Shown: positions 7,031-14,627, numbered from the stretch's first letter. The stretch is 14,627 bases of DNA from a bacterium (GCA_041497675.1 JBGQGY010000097.1:1-14627); one strand, 5' to 3'. The notes: a model not told the origin generated them from the sequence alone. A program made the numbers and translations.

Positions 7031-7936
7031 GTGACGTCGACCTGGACTACGTTTCCCAGCAAGGAACCGTCCCGAGAGGCCCGCGCGCTGGCAGCGCAGG
7101 TGGAGCGCGACGGAGGCCGTGTCCTGGCGATCTTTCAGGATCCCATCGGCGATCACTGGCACCTGTTCTGCATGTTGCTGTTGGACCAGGTCGAGCCGAC
7201 GCCTTTCCAGCGCGACCTCTCCCCGGCGCACATGAAGCGGCTTCATGACGTGATGCGCAAACTCGACCGCTTCGTGGACCCGATCGTCGTCACGTCGCCG
7301 GGTCCGGGCCGATATTGGACGCCCAACGGGAACCACCGCCGGGCGGCGCTGGAGAAACTCAAAGGCAAGCACATCCCGGCGATCGTGATCCCCGACACTG
7401 CCGTCGCGTATCAGATCCTGGCGCTCAATACGGAAAAGGCCCATAATCTGAAGGAAAAGTCGCTCGAAGTCATCAGGATGTATCGGGCGTTGGCCGAGGA
7501 GCGGGAACGCGCAACGGAGGATGACTACGCCTTCCAGTTTGAGTCGGCCCACTTTGTCACGCTCGGGCTCCTCTACGAAAAGAATCGCCGCTTTGCGGGT
7601 GGGGCGTTCGCGCCTATCCTGCGCCGCGTCGACAAATTTCTCACAACCAAACTACCCAAAGCGCTGGAAGAACGTGAGGCGCGTGCGGAACTGGTGCGCG
7701 CGGCGGATGAGGCGCTGTCCGCGGTCGTCGCCGGTCTCAAGAAACGGGGCATCCGACACCCGTACGTGAAAAACTTCGTCCTGGCGCGGGCGACGCCCCT
7801 GACGCGCGCGCGCAAGACGCTCCCCTCATTCGACGTCACGTTCAGGAAACTTGCCGAGAATGTCCGTGCGCTCGACGTGGCGAAGATCCGCTACGAGGAC
7901 GTGGCGCGGTCGGCGATCATGGGTGCGCCGGTATGA
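7031..7936 (+). CDS. Orphan ParB/Srx N-terminal-domain protein
   Basis: LDQVEPTPFQRDLS..HMKRL, DPIVV and YWTPNGNHRRAAL (GxxR arginine patch) fit the ParB/sulfiredoxin fold, followed by a helical C-terminal region. The start is uncertain: the ORF is open from GTG 6920, but its first 37 codons look non-coding, so GTG 7031 was chosen. Confidence 0.8.
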   Translation: MTSTWTTFPSKEPSREARALAAQVERDGGRVLAIFQDPIGDHWHLFCMLLLDQVEPTPFQRDLSPAHMKRLHDVMRKLDRFVDPIVVTSPGPGRYWTPNGNHRRAALEKLKGKHIPAIVIPDTAVAYQILALNTEKAHNLKEKSLEVIRMYRALAEERERATEDDYAFQFESAHFVTLGLLYEKNRRFAGGAFAPILRRVDKFLTTKLPKALEEREARAELVRAADEALSAVVAGLKKRGIRHPYVKNFVLARATPLTRARKTLPSFDVTFRKLAENVRALDVAKIRYEDVARSAIMGAPV

Positions 7937-7942
7937 TATCAT
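7934..7942 (+). promoter_or_regulatory. Extended -10 element (TGaTATCAT) for a likely leaderless histidine kinase mRNA
   Basis: TG (7934-7935), A, TATCAT (7937-7942), then 7 nt to ATG 7950 with no SD. Overlaps the TGA stop of the ParB-like gene. Confidence 0.5.
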
Positions 7943-7949
7943 TTCGCGC

Positions 7950-9059
7950 ATGAAGGCCGTCAAGACGCGGAGCAAACCCAAGACCAAGATCACACCTGCA
8001 AAGGAACTGCAAACTCTGCGACGACGAGTCGCCCGGTTGCAGACAGTCGCCGTCGAGTACCAGAACGCGCGGGCCAGCCACGACCGGCTGGCAACGTTTC
8101 CTGAACAGAACCCCAACATGGTGATTGAAACCGACCTCACGGGTCGCGTCACGTATCTCAATCCCGTCGCCCAGGTCCGGTTTCCGGATCTGTGGCGGCG
8201 GGGATTTTCTCATCCCCTGCTCGCGGACATGCCCTCGATCGTCAAGACCTTTCAGGACGGCAACGAGGCGTACGTGGCGCGCGAGGTCGACGTTGAGCAC
8301 GAGGCCTTCGAGCAGAAGATCTGTTACGCAAAGGGCACCGGCGCCGTTCGGATACTCGTGTATGTCCACGACATCACGCGGCGCAAGCGCGCGGAAGAAG
8401 CCATCCAGAAACTCGCGAAACAGGTCGTGTACGCTCAGGAAGAAGAACGCCACCGGTTGTCGCGTGAGCTCCACGACGAGGCGGGTCAGGCGCTGATGGC
8501 GCTCAAGCTCAGCCTGGAGCTGATCGCCGCCGAGCTCGGGCCCGGCGCAAACGAGCTGCGCCAGAATCTGTCGGAAGCGATTGCACTCACCGAATCGACC
8601 AAGGAACGCATCCGCGTGCTCGCCCAGGGCCTCCGCCCGCCGGCGCTCGACACCGTCGGCCTCAACCTCACGCTCGAGGCACTTTGCCGCGACTTCTCGC
8701 GGCGGACGCAGCTGCCGATCCGCTATGAAGGCTCAGAGGTGCCGGGTCTGTCCGACGCGATGAACATTTGCCTCTACCGCGTCTTGCAAGAGGCGCTCAC
8801 CAACGTGGCCAAGCACGCGAAGGCGACCCGTGTCGACGTGCGGCTGTCTCGTGAGGGGCACATCGTGCGCCTGTCCGTTGGCGACAACGGTCGGGGGTTC
8901 AGTCACGATGCCACTAAGATGTTGCAGCGGTGGACCGGGATCGGACTGCTGGGCATGCGCGAGCGTGTGGAATTGCTGGGTGGATGGCTCGAGATCGAGA
9001 CCGAACTCGGGCGCGGGCTTCGCACCGTCGCGAACCTACCGGTGAACCAAGAACCATGA
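7950..9059 (+). CDS. Cytoplasmic PAS-domain sensor histidine kinase (HisKA_3, NarX/UhpB-type)
   Basis: Coiled coil, then a PAS domain (FPEQNPNMVIETDLTGRVTYLN...HDITRRK), H-box ERHRLSRELHDEAGQ, N-box QEALTNVAKHA, G1 DNGRGF and G2 GIGLLGMRER. No TM segment. Start set at ATG 7950 to avoid overlap with the upstream gene. Confidence 0.93.
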   Translation: MKAVKTRSKPKTKITPAKELQTLRRRVARLQTVAVEYQNARASHDRLATFPEQNPNMVIETDLTGRVTYLNPVAQVRFPDLWRRGFSHPLLADMPSIVKTFQDGNEAYVAREVDVEHEAFEQKICYAKGTGAVRILVYVHDITRRKRAEEAIQKLAKQVVYAQEEERHRLSRELHDEAGQALMALKLSLELIAAELGPGANELRQNLSEAIALTESTKERIRVLAQGLRPPALDTVGLNLTLEALCRDFSRRTQLPIRYEGSEVPGLSDAMNICLYRVLQEALTNVAKHAKATRVDVRLSREGHIVRLSVGDNGRGFSHDATKMLQRWTGIGLLGMRERVELLGGWLEIETELGRGLRTVANLPVNQEP

Positions 9060-9703
9060 TCCGGGTGGTCGTGGCGGACGACCACAACCTGGTGCGCGAG
9101 GGCATCCGGGCGCTGCTCGAGAAGGCCGGCGACATCCAGGTCGTGGGCGAAGCCGTCGACGGACAAGAGGCCGTCGAACTGGTGAGGCGCGAAGCCCCTG
9201 ACGTCCTCGTCATGGATATCGCGATGCCCCGGCTCAACGGCATCCAGGCTGTCGAGCAGCTCAAGGCGGCAGGCGCCGAAACCCGCATCGTGATCCTCTC
9301 GATGTATTCCGAGGAGATCCTGGTCCGCCAGGCGCTGCAGCACGGCGCCAAGGGCTTCTTGCTAAAGGGTTCGGTGTCGGAGGAACTCCTACTCGCGATT
9401 CGCGCGGCCAACCGGGGCGCGGTCTATCTCAGCCCGGCGATCTCCCAAGTGGTCCTGACCGAACCTGCGGCCGGACAGCCGAACCTGCCGGGACCGGGGG
9501 CGCAACTGACCCCCCGCGAGCGCCAGATGCTGCAGTTGATCGGCGAAGGATACACCAACAGCCGGATCGCGGAAGCGCTTGGAATCAGCGTCAAGACGGT
9601 CGAACGCCATCGGACCAACTTGATGGCGAAGCTCAACGTCCATAACCTGGTCGAGTTGATCCGTGTGGCGATAAAGCACGGCCTGATCCGGCTGCAGGAC
9701 TGA
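9056..9703 (+). CDS. NarL/LuxR-family DNA-binding response regulator
   Basis: Receiver motifs VADDH, DIAMP, ILS and FLLK; LuxR HTH LTPRERQMLQLIGEGYTNSRIAEALGISVKTVERHR. ATGA overlap with the kinase stop. Confidence 0.96.
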   Translation: MIRVVVADDHNLVREGIRALLEKAGDIQVVGEAVDGQEAVELVRREAPDVLVMDIAMPRLNGIQAVEQLKAAGAETRIVILSMYSEEILVRQALQHGAKGFLLKGSVSEELLLAIRAANRGAVYLSPAISQVVLTEPAAGQPNLPGPGAQLTPRERQMLQLIGEGYTNSRIAEALGISVKTVERHRTNLMAKLNVHNLVELIRVAIKHGLIRLQD

Positions 9704-9743
9704 TCTTCCGTCAATCTTGCCGTTATCTCACACCGGCGCCCGG

Positions 9744-9759
9744 TGAGGGTAGACCCTCA
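9744..9759. promoter_or_regulatory. Perfect 7-2-7 inverted repeat; candidate NarL-family operator
   Basis: TGAGGGT-AG-ACCCTCA lies in the intergenic region between the response regulator and the halogenase-like gene. It has no U-tract. Confidence 0.45.
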
Positions 9760-9789
9760 ACGCGTAGACGGCCAGAGTGTAGTGACGCG

Positions 9790-9833
9790 GTCGGCAGAGC
9801 CCGATTGACCCAAACCCGGACCCATGCGACATT
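9790..9833 (+). promoter_or_regulatory. Putative activated sigma70 promoter of the halogenase-like gene
   Basis: TCGG-N6-CCGA dyad (9791-9804) abutting TTGACC (9805-9810), 17-nt spacer, GACATT (9828-9833) with TG at 9825-9826. An alternative extended -10, TGaTACTCT, lies at 9905-9913. Confidence 0.35.
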
Positions 9834-9951
9834 CAGTCTACCCGAGCGAATGACTTACCTCCGTCATGTCTGGTGTGGTCCGTTCGCGGGTACTGATTCA
9901 ATCGTGATACTCTGAACATGCGTGTCACTTCTTGTCGCGAGGAGCCCTGAT

Positions 9952-11328
9952 TTGAAGACTGACGTCGTCATCATCGGTGGCGGCCCTGGTGGGGCCGCCA
10001 TGGCCATGTTTCTGGTCCAAGAAGGCATCAAACCGTTGATCGTCGAGATGGAGACCTTCCCTCGCTACCACATCGGAGAATCCCTGACCGGCGCCGGCGG
10101 CAAGGTGCTGCGGGACCTCGGGCTGGAGCCGGAGATGCGCCGGCGCAAGCATCCGACCAAGCAGGGCGTCAGAGTCTTCGGCACGAGCGGCAAGAACAGC
10201 TGGTGGGTCCCAGTGACCGGGCGCGACGAAAACTGGCAACTGTTTGCCTGGGACACCTGGCAGGTCCGCCGCAGCGATTTTGACACGATGATGCTCAACG
10301 AAGCGGTCGCCCGAGGCGCCACGGTGCTCCGCGGGAAAGCGATCAAACCGATCACGGGCGACGACGGTTCGGTGCGTGGCGTCATCGTCGCGACGGCCGA
10401 CGGCGGTACCCTGGAGATTCAATCAGAGGTGCTGCTCGACTGCTCGGGCCAGGCGACCTGGCTGGCCAACCTGGGCGGGGTCACCGGACCTAAGTATCTT
10501 GGGGCCTACGACAGACAGATCGCGTTCTTCTCTCAAGTCGCCGGCGCGATCCGCGAGAATGGCGGTACCCGCGACACCCACCCGGACAACACACTCATCT
10601 TTTATCAACAAAAGTACCACTGGTCCTGGTTTATCCCGCTGGACCAGGAAATCGTGAGCGTGGGGATCGTCGTGCCGGCCGCCTACTTCCTGGAGAAGAA
10701 GGAGAGCAAGAAGGATTTCCTCACACGCGAGCTGCACGAACTCAACCCGGGAATCAAGCAACGGATCCCCGAGGTCAACCTCGTGCATGACGTTCACGTG
10801 ATTCCCAACTACTCGTATCAGGTGAAGGAATTCACGGGGAAGGGATTCATCTGCATCGGCGATGCCCACCGTTTCATCGACCCGATCTTCTCGTTCGGCC
10901 TCACGGTCACCATGCGGGAGGCGCAGTTCGCGGCGCCACTCATCAGGAAGTATCTCGAGGGATACAACCGCGATAAGACCAATCCGTTCGAAGAGTATCA
11001 GCTCTTCTGTGAGAAGGGGATCGACGTCCTCGAGGATACCCTCGACATGTTCTGGGAGCAGCCGTTCGCCTTCGCGGCGTGCGTCCACCACCGCTACACC
11101 GACTTCATGACCGACATGTTCGCGGGGCGGATCTACGAGCGCCAGCCGACGACGCCCATCCTGAGTTTTCGCAAGATCCTCAACCGGCTGGAAGAGCGCG
11201 ACCGGTCCTACGTCGCGCGGGATATCTATTCGGTCCCGATCGGGTCTCGCTTCCACCCGGAGCGGGCGGCGATCTGGGAGATCAATGCCACAGTAGAGAC
11301 GACCGAGGAATGGATGGGGCCTCGCTAG
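9952..11328 (+). CDS. Flavin-dependent halogenase-like FAD oxidoreductase (non-tryptophan; phenol/carrier-protein class)
   Basis: GGGPGG FAD-binding motif, FPRYHIGES, PTKQG (position of the catalytic Lys), WQVRRSDFD, WSWFIP (WxWxIP) and GDAHRFIDPIFSFG (FxxPxxSxG). SD GAGGAG (9939-9944) is 7 nt before TTG 9952; the ORF is open from 9922. Confidence 0.85.
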   Translation: MKTDVVIIGGGPGGAAMAMFLVQEGIKPLIVEMETFPRYHIGESLTGAGGKVLRDLGLEPEMRRRKHPTKQGVRVFGTSGKNSWWVPVTGRDENWQLFAWDTWQVRRSDFDTMMLNEAVARGATVLRGKAIKPITGDDGSVRGVIVATADGGTLEIQSEVLLDCSGQATWLANLGGVTGPKYLGAYDRQIAFFSQVAGAIRENGGTRDTHPDNTLIFYQQKYHWSWFIPLDQEIVSVGIVVPAAYFLEKKESKKDFLTRELHELNPGIKQRIPEVNLVHDVHVIPNYSYQVKEFTGKGFICIGDAHRFIDPIFSFGLTVTMREAQFAAPLIRKYLEGYNRDKTNPFEEYQLFCEKGIDVLEDTLDMFWEQPFAFAACVHHRYTDFMTDMFAGRIYERQPTTPILSFRKILNRLEERDRSYVARDIYSVPIGSRFHPERAAIWEINATVETTEEWMGPR

Positions 11329-11338
11329 TCGGAATCGC

Positions 11339-11929
11339 TTAGCCGCGGCACTTCTTGGGGGGCCGAGCGGCCTCCTCTTCACAGCGCCCGGGGCAGTTGT
11401 CCCAGGAAATCTTCAGCGTCTCGCTGTCGTAGACCGCGGTCCCATACCACCGCTTGTCGGAGAAGGCTTCGACCTGCGCGGGAATCGCCAAGCCGTTCTT
11501 TCGCAGCGTCGATCCCGCAGTCTTGGCCCCGGCCAGCGCCAGCCGTCTGGCCGTCTCCTTCGGGACGTCGCGCGCGAGGTCCATCGTCACCTTGACCTGG
11601 AGCCGGGGCCGGTCGAGCGCCACCACGCAGACGTTCCCTTCGACGTCAGGCTTCAACCCAGCGGTGATATCGTCCAACACCTGGTCGCTCACCTGAAGGG
11701 GCGCGGTCTGGATGGGCAAACCGATCTGCGGAACCGACTGCGAGTCCCTCAGGTAGTGATCTGATACGTAGTACCCGACCGAGAAGAACACGATAACCAT
11801 GACCACCCTGATGGCCAGGGCGACCCGCTGCTCACGCAGACGGATTTCCTCGCGAAACCGGGTCTGCGCTTCGACCCGGATCCGCTCCTCTTCGTACAGC
11901 CGCAGCCGGAACTCTGGTGAAAGACTCAC
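11339..11929 (-). CDS. Hypothetical single-pass membrane protein
   Basis: GGAGG (11937-11941) is 7 nt before GTG 11929. Charged helical N-terminus (SLSPEFRLRLYEEERIRVEAQ), one TM helix (VALAIRVVMVIVFFSVGYYV) and an alpha/beta-like C-terminal region with four Cys. Fills the gap without overlapping neighbours. Confidence 0.75.
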   Translation of the reverse strand: MSLSPEFRLRLYEEERIRVEAQTRFREEIRLREQRVALAIRVVMVIVFFSVGYYVSDHYLRDSQSVPQIGLPIQTAPLQVSDQVLDDITAGLKPDVEGNVCVVALDRPRLQVKVTMDLARDVPKETARRLALAGAKTAGSTLRKNGLAIPAQVEAFSDKRWYGTAVYDSETLKISWDNCPGRCEEEAARPPKKCRG

Positions 11930-12029
11930 AACCGGTCCTCCCGCCTCGCCGTGCGCGTCCCCGGCCACGTCGCATGGGGAGTTGGACTGCGTAGGGTGTC
12001 TCTAGTGATCTTCCCAAGTGGCGAGGGGT

Positions 12030-12377
12030 TCAGGCCCCGAGCGACCGGGCCGCGGTACAGCGCGGCGGCCGGCCATCGGTCTTCAGGGCTTCAATCCGGC
12101 TGCGCACGTTTCCGAGCCCCACGGTCATCTCCTGCATGGAATCGCGGAGATACACCATGCCCACCTCATCGCTGCTCGCCCGACCCAACACGATCTCATT
12201 GATGATCTGCACCGCCGCGCTGCCGACCTTTTCGGCGTCCTCCAAATCCTCGACGATGTTCGCGACGCAGGCGACGCGCGCAATCGGGGCCGGGGGCAGG
12301 ACGGCCCGCCCGACCCGCACGCCGGCTCCAAATGCGATGGCGATCCCCACAAGCGCAGGAACGAGTCGACGGACCAT
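12030..12377 (-). CDS. Hypothetical exported or membrane-anchored small protein
   Basis: SD GGGGGGTGA upstream, the same style as for the SBP gene. Signal/anchor MVRRLVPALVGIAIAFGAGV, then two amphipathic helices flanked by two Cys. Confidence 0.7.
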   Translation of the reverse strand: MVRRLVPALVGIAIAFGAGVRVGRAVLPPAPIARVACVANIVEDLEDAEKVGSAAVQIINEIVLGRASSDEVGMVYLRDSMQEMTVGLGNVRSRIEALKTDGRPPRCTAARSLGA

Positions 12378-12483
12378 GGATGGTCACCCCCCTGGCAAGT
12401 CGTTCCGTCTCGCCACGGAAGTCCCCTTCATGACGTGAGCCTCGGCCAGGAACCCCTCGAGAACCTCTCGAACTGAGCAGTTC

Positions 12484-13308
12484 ATGCGGGTCATGATCTG
12501 GGCGGACATCGAGGGCATTGCCGGCATCTCGCGGTGGGAGCAGGTGGCGGGCCGGTTGCCCCTCTATGACGAGGGGCGGCAGCTCTACACCGAGGAGATC
12601 AACGCTGCCGTCCGTGCGTGCAGGCGCGCCGGCGCGACCGAGATCGTGGTCGTAGACGGCCACGGCGGCGGGTACGAGCGCGGCCTGGGATTCTTGAGCC
12701 TGATCCCCGAACGGCTGGAGCGCGGCGCGGAGTATGTGCTCGGGTTCGCGTGGGCGCGCCACGTCGACCCGTTCGAGCAGGGCTGTGATGCGGTGCTGTT
12801 CGTCGGCGCGCATGCGATGGCGGGGACCACGAACGGCGTGCTCTCGCACACGGTCTCGTCGGAATCATGGTACAACGCCACGATCAACGGCACGCTGGTC
12901 GGCGAGTCCGGCATCATCGCCGCCATCGCCGGGTGCTGGGGGACGCCGGCGATCTTCGTGGCCGGTGATGAGGTGACGTGCCGCGAAGTGCAGGCGCTGG
13001 TCGGTGCGACGGCCGTCGCGGTGCCGGTCAAGAAGGGGCTCGGCCGCTTTGGTGCGCGGCACCTCGCGCCGGCGGACGCCCGGGCGTTGATCGAACAACA
13101 GGCCGAGGCCGCGCTTCGCAACCGAGCGAACTGGCCGAAGCCGCTGACGTTCGCCGCTCCCGTCACGTTCCAGGTCGAACTGGCGACGCCCGATCACACG
13201 ACGTTTTACCACGGCCGCAAGAACGTCGAGATCGTCGGCCCGCGGACCGTGCGGGCCACGGGCGACAACTTTTGGAAGGCGTGGGACGCCTTCTGGTATC
13301 GGAGTTAG
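12484..13308 (+). CDS. dppA: M55-family metallopeptidase (DppA-type D-aminopeptidase)
   Basis: ADIEG (Zn ligands), EINAAV, VVDGH, GAHAMAG..GVLSHT, GESG and AGD motifs match the Bacillus DppA/M55 pattern; 274 aa. Confidence 0.93.
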   Translation: MRVMIWADIEGIAGISRWEQVAGRLPLYDEGRQLYTEEINAAVRACRRAGATEIVVVDGHGGGYERGLGFLSLIPERLERGAEYVLGFAWARHVDPFEQGCDAVLFVGAHAMAGTTNGVLSHTVSSESWYNATINGTLVGESGIIAAIAGCWGTPAIFVAGDEVTCREVQALVGATAVAVPVKKGLGRFGARHLAPADARALIEQQAEAALRNRANWPKPLTFAAPVTFQVELATPDHTTFYHGRKNVEIVGPRTVRATGDNFWKAWDAFWYRS

Positions 13309-13320
13309 CACCGAGGGCGA

Positions 13321-14625
13321 TCAGAGCGGGGGCGCGGCTCCAAACGCCAGGCGTCCCTCGCACCATCGGGCGACGTCCAGCAGCCGGCTCTCGGCGCCGG
13401 CACCGGCGGTCAACTGGATGGCCATCGGCAATCGATCCTGCGCCAGCCCGCTGGGCAACGAGACCGAAGGGAACCCGCCGTAACTCCACGGCGCGCAGAG
13501 CGCCGGGTCGCCGGTCGTCTCGAATCCTCTGGGCGCCGGGCCCGGTGCCACGGGCATGAGCAGCGCGTCAAAGAGGCCGAAGACCGGCTGCATCTCTCGC
13601 TTGAATTGGGCGAGCACCCGCTGGGCGTTGACGTAGTCGACGGCGGGCGTCTTCAGACCGGCCTCGACCAGCGCGCGGATCTTGGGCCGGTAGTCCTGCG
13701 CGTGCGCGGCGAACTGCGCGGCGTGATACGCGGCCGCGTCCGCACGCAGGACGACCTGCCCGGCGTCGTGCAGGACGGATGCGATCGGCGGCAGGGAAAC
13801 GTCTTCCACGGTGGCGCCCGAGCGCGAGAACATCGCCGCTACTGCGTCGAGGTGTGCCTTCACGTCGGGACTCGCCTTGTCGGCGAACAACGCTCGCGGA
13901 ATTCCCAGCCGCGGCGGTCGACCCTCCATGAGTGCGCCCCCGGCGGCCGCCGGCCCCGCCAGCACCGACAGCACGAGGGCCGCATCATCAACACTTCGGG
14001 TGAAGATGCCCACGTGATCGAGGCTCCACGCCAGTGGGGTGACACCCTCCGCGCTGATCAGGCCGTGCGTCGCCTTCAGCCCGACGATCCCGCAGTAGGC
14101 GGCCGGACGGAGCGTCGAGCCAATCGTCTGCGATCCCAGGGCCAACGGGATCATCCGCGCGGCCACGGCGGCGGCTGATCCACTGGACGAGCCGCCCGGC
14201 GTGTGGTCGAGGTTCCACGGGTTGCGGGTCACCGTCGAATCGGCGTAGGCGAATTCGGTCGTCGTGGTCTTACCGATGATCACGGCACCGGCGGCACGCA
14301 GCCTGGCCACGGCGTGCGCGTCGGCCGGGGCACGTCTGTGGGCGAACGCCTGCGCGCCGGACGTCGTGACCAGACCCACGACATCGAAGATGTCCTTGAG
14401 ACCGACCGGAACTCCATGCAGCGGCCCGCGAAACACCCCCCGGACTGCCTCCGCGTCCATCGCCCGCGCAGCATCGAGCGCGCCAGTCCTGTCCACGTGT
14501 ACCCACGCGCGGACGGCTGCCTCGACCTGATCGATGCGCGTGAGACAGGCTTCCACCGCGGCGACCGCAGACACAGCACCCGAGCGGATGCCACGCGCCA
14601 GTTCACGGATCGTCAGGGTATCCAA
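13321..14625 (-). CDS. Amidase-signature family amidase
   Basis: GPLHGVPVGLKD (catalytic Lys), GKTTTTEFA, TRNPWNLDHTPGGSSSGSAAAVA and GSQTIGSTLRPAAYCG (Ser-cisSer-Lys triad). The TTG start is at the window edge, so the gene may extend further. Confidence 0.93.
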   Translation of the reverse strand: MDTLTIRELARGIRSGAVSAVAAVEACLTRIDQVEAAVRAWVHVDRTGALDAARAMDAEAVRGVFRGPLHGVPVGLKDIFDVVGLVTTSGAQAFAHRRAPADAHAVARLRAAGAVIIGKTTTTEFAYADSTVTRNPWNLDHTPGGSSSGSAAAVAARMIPLALGSQTIGSTLRPAAYCGIVGLKATHGLISAEGVTPLAWSLDHVGIFTRSVDDAALVLSVLAGPAAAGGALMEGRPPRLGIPRALFADKASPDVKAHLDAVAAMFSRSGATVEDVSLPPIASVLHDAGQVVLRADAAAYHAAQFAAHAQDYRPKIRALVEAGLKTPAVDYVNAQRVLAQFKREMQPVFGLFDALLMPVAPGPAPRGFETTGDPALCAPWSYGGFPSVSLPSGLAQDRLPMAIQLTAGAGAESRLLDVARWCEGRLAFGAAPPL

Positions 14626-14627
14626 TG

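Noticed and set aside
7006..7248. 80-aa ORF with AGGA upstream and TTTCCC at 7052-7057, considered as a frameshifted N-terminus of the ParB-like gene
   Set aside because: The main frame has its own GTG at 7031 and no interruption, so no frameshift is needed. It cannot be fully excluded without homologue alignment.
9727..9747. Hairpin CACCGG-CGC-CCGGTG as terminator of the two-component operon
   Set aside because: Short stem, 3-nt loop and no U-tract; it overlaps the 7-2-7 dyad.
10423..11382. 319-aa minus-strand ORF
   Set aside because: Antisense shadow of the halogenase-like gene.
12450..12483. LexA boxes (GAAC-N7-GAAC or GAAC-N6-GTTC)
   Set aside because: N6 does not fit the N4 Cheo box. 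The N7 direct repeat is the alphaproteobacterial form, with nothing here supporting that taxon, and the flanking genes are not SOS genes.
13321..14625. Calling the amidase gatA
   Set aside because: Shorter than typical GatA, with TTEFA/GSQTIGS rather than GatA-type motifs, and no gatB downstream.
1..14627. CRISPR arrays, tRNA/rRNA, IS elements, integrases or prophage genes
   Set aside because: No spaced repeat arrays, cloverleaf motifs, terminal inverted repeats or mobile-element ORFs were seen by eye.

Overview
GC-rich bacterial chromosomal window with no rRNA, tRNA, CRISPR or mobile-element signatures that I can see. In order it contains: the 3' end of an unknown CDS; a secreted fasciclin protein (-); a five-gene HAAT/Liv-type ABC transporter operon (+); an ECF sigma factor translationally coupled to an Ogt-type alkyltransferase carrying a C-terminal Ada Zn domain (-); a divergent orphan ParB/Srx-like protein (+); a soluble PAS-HisKA_3 kinase and NarL-type regulator (+); a stand-alone flavin-dependent halogenase-like enzyme (+); two small exported hypothetical proteins (-); an M55 D-aminopeptidase (+); and an amidase-signature enzyme (-). 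The best candidate for an undescribed system is 5495-7936. Here an Ada-like alkylation sensor lacks its AraC DNA-binding domain, has reversed domain order and sits behind an ECF sigma factor. Upstream lies a dyad-symmetric pair of ECF-type promoters (GCAACY-N15-GTGTTCT on both strands, sharing one palindromic -35) pointing at the sigma gene and at the ParB-like gene. This suggests a sigma-factor-based adaptive response to alkylation, which is inference and untested. All calls come from reading motifs by eye; no searches were run.
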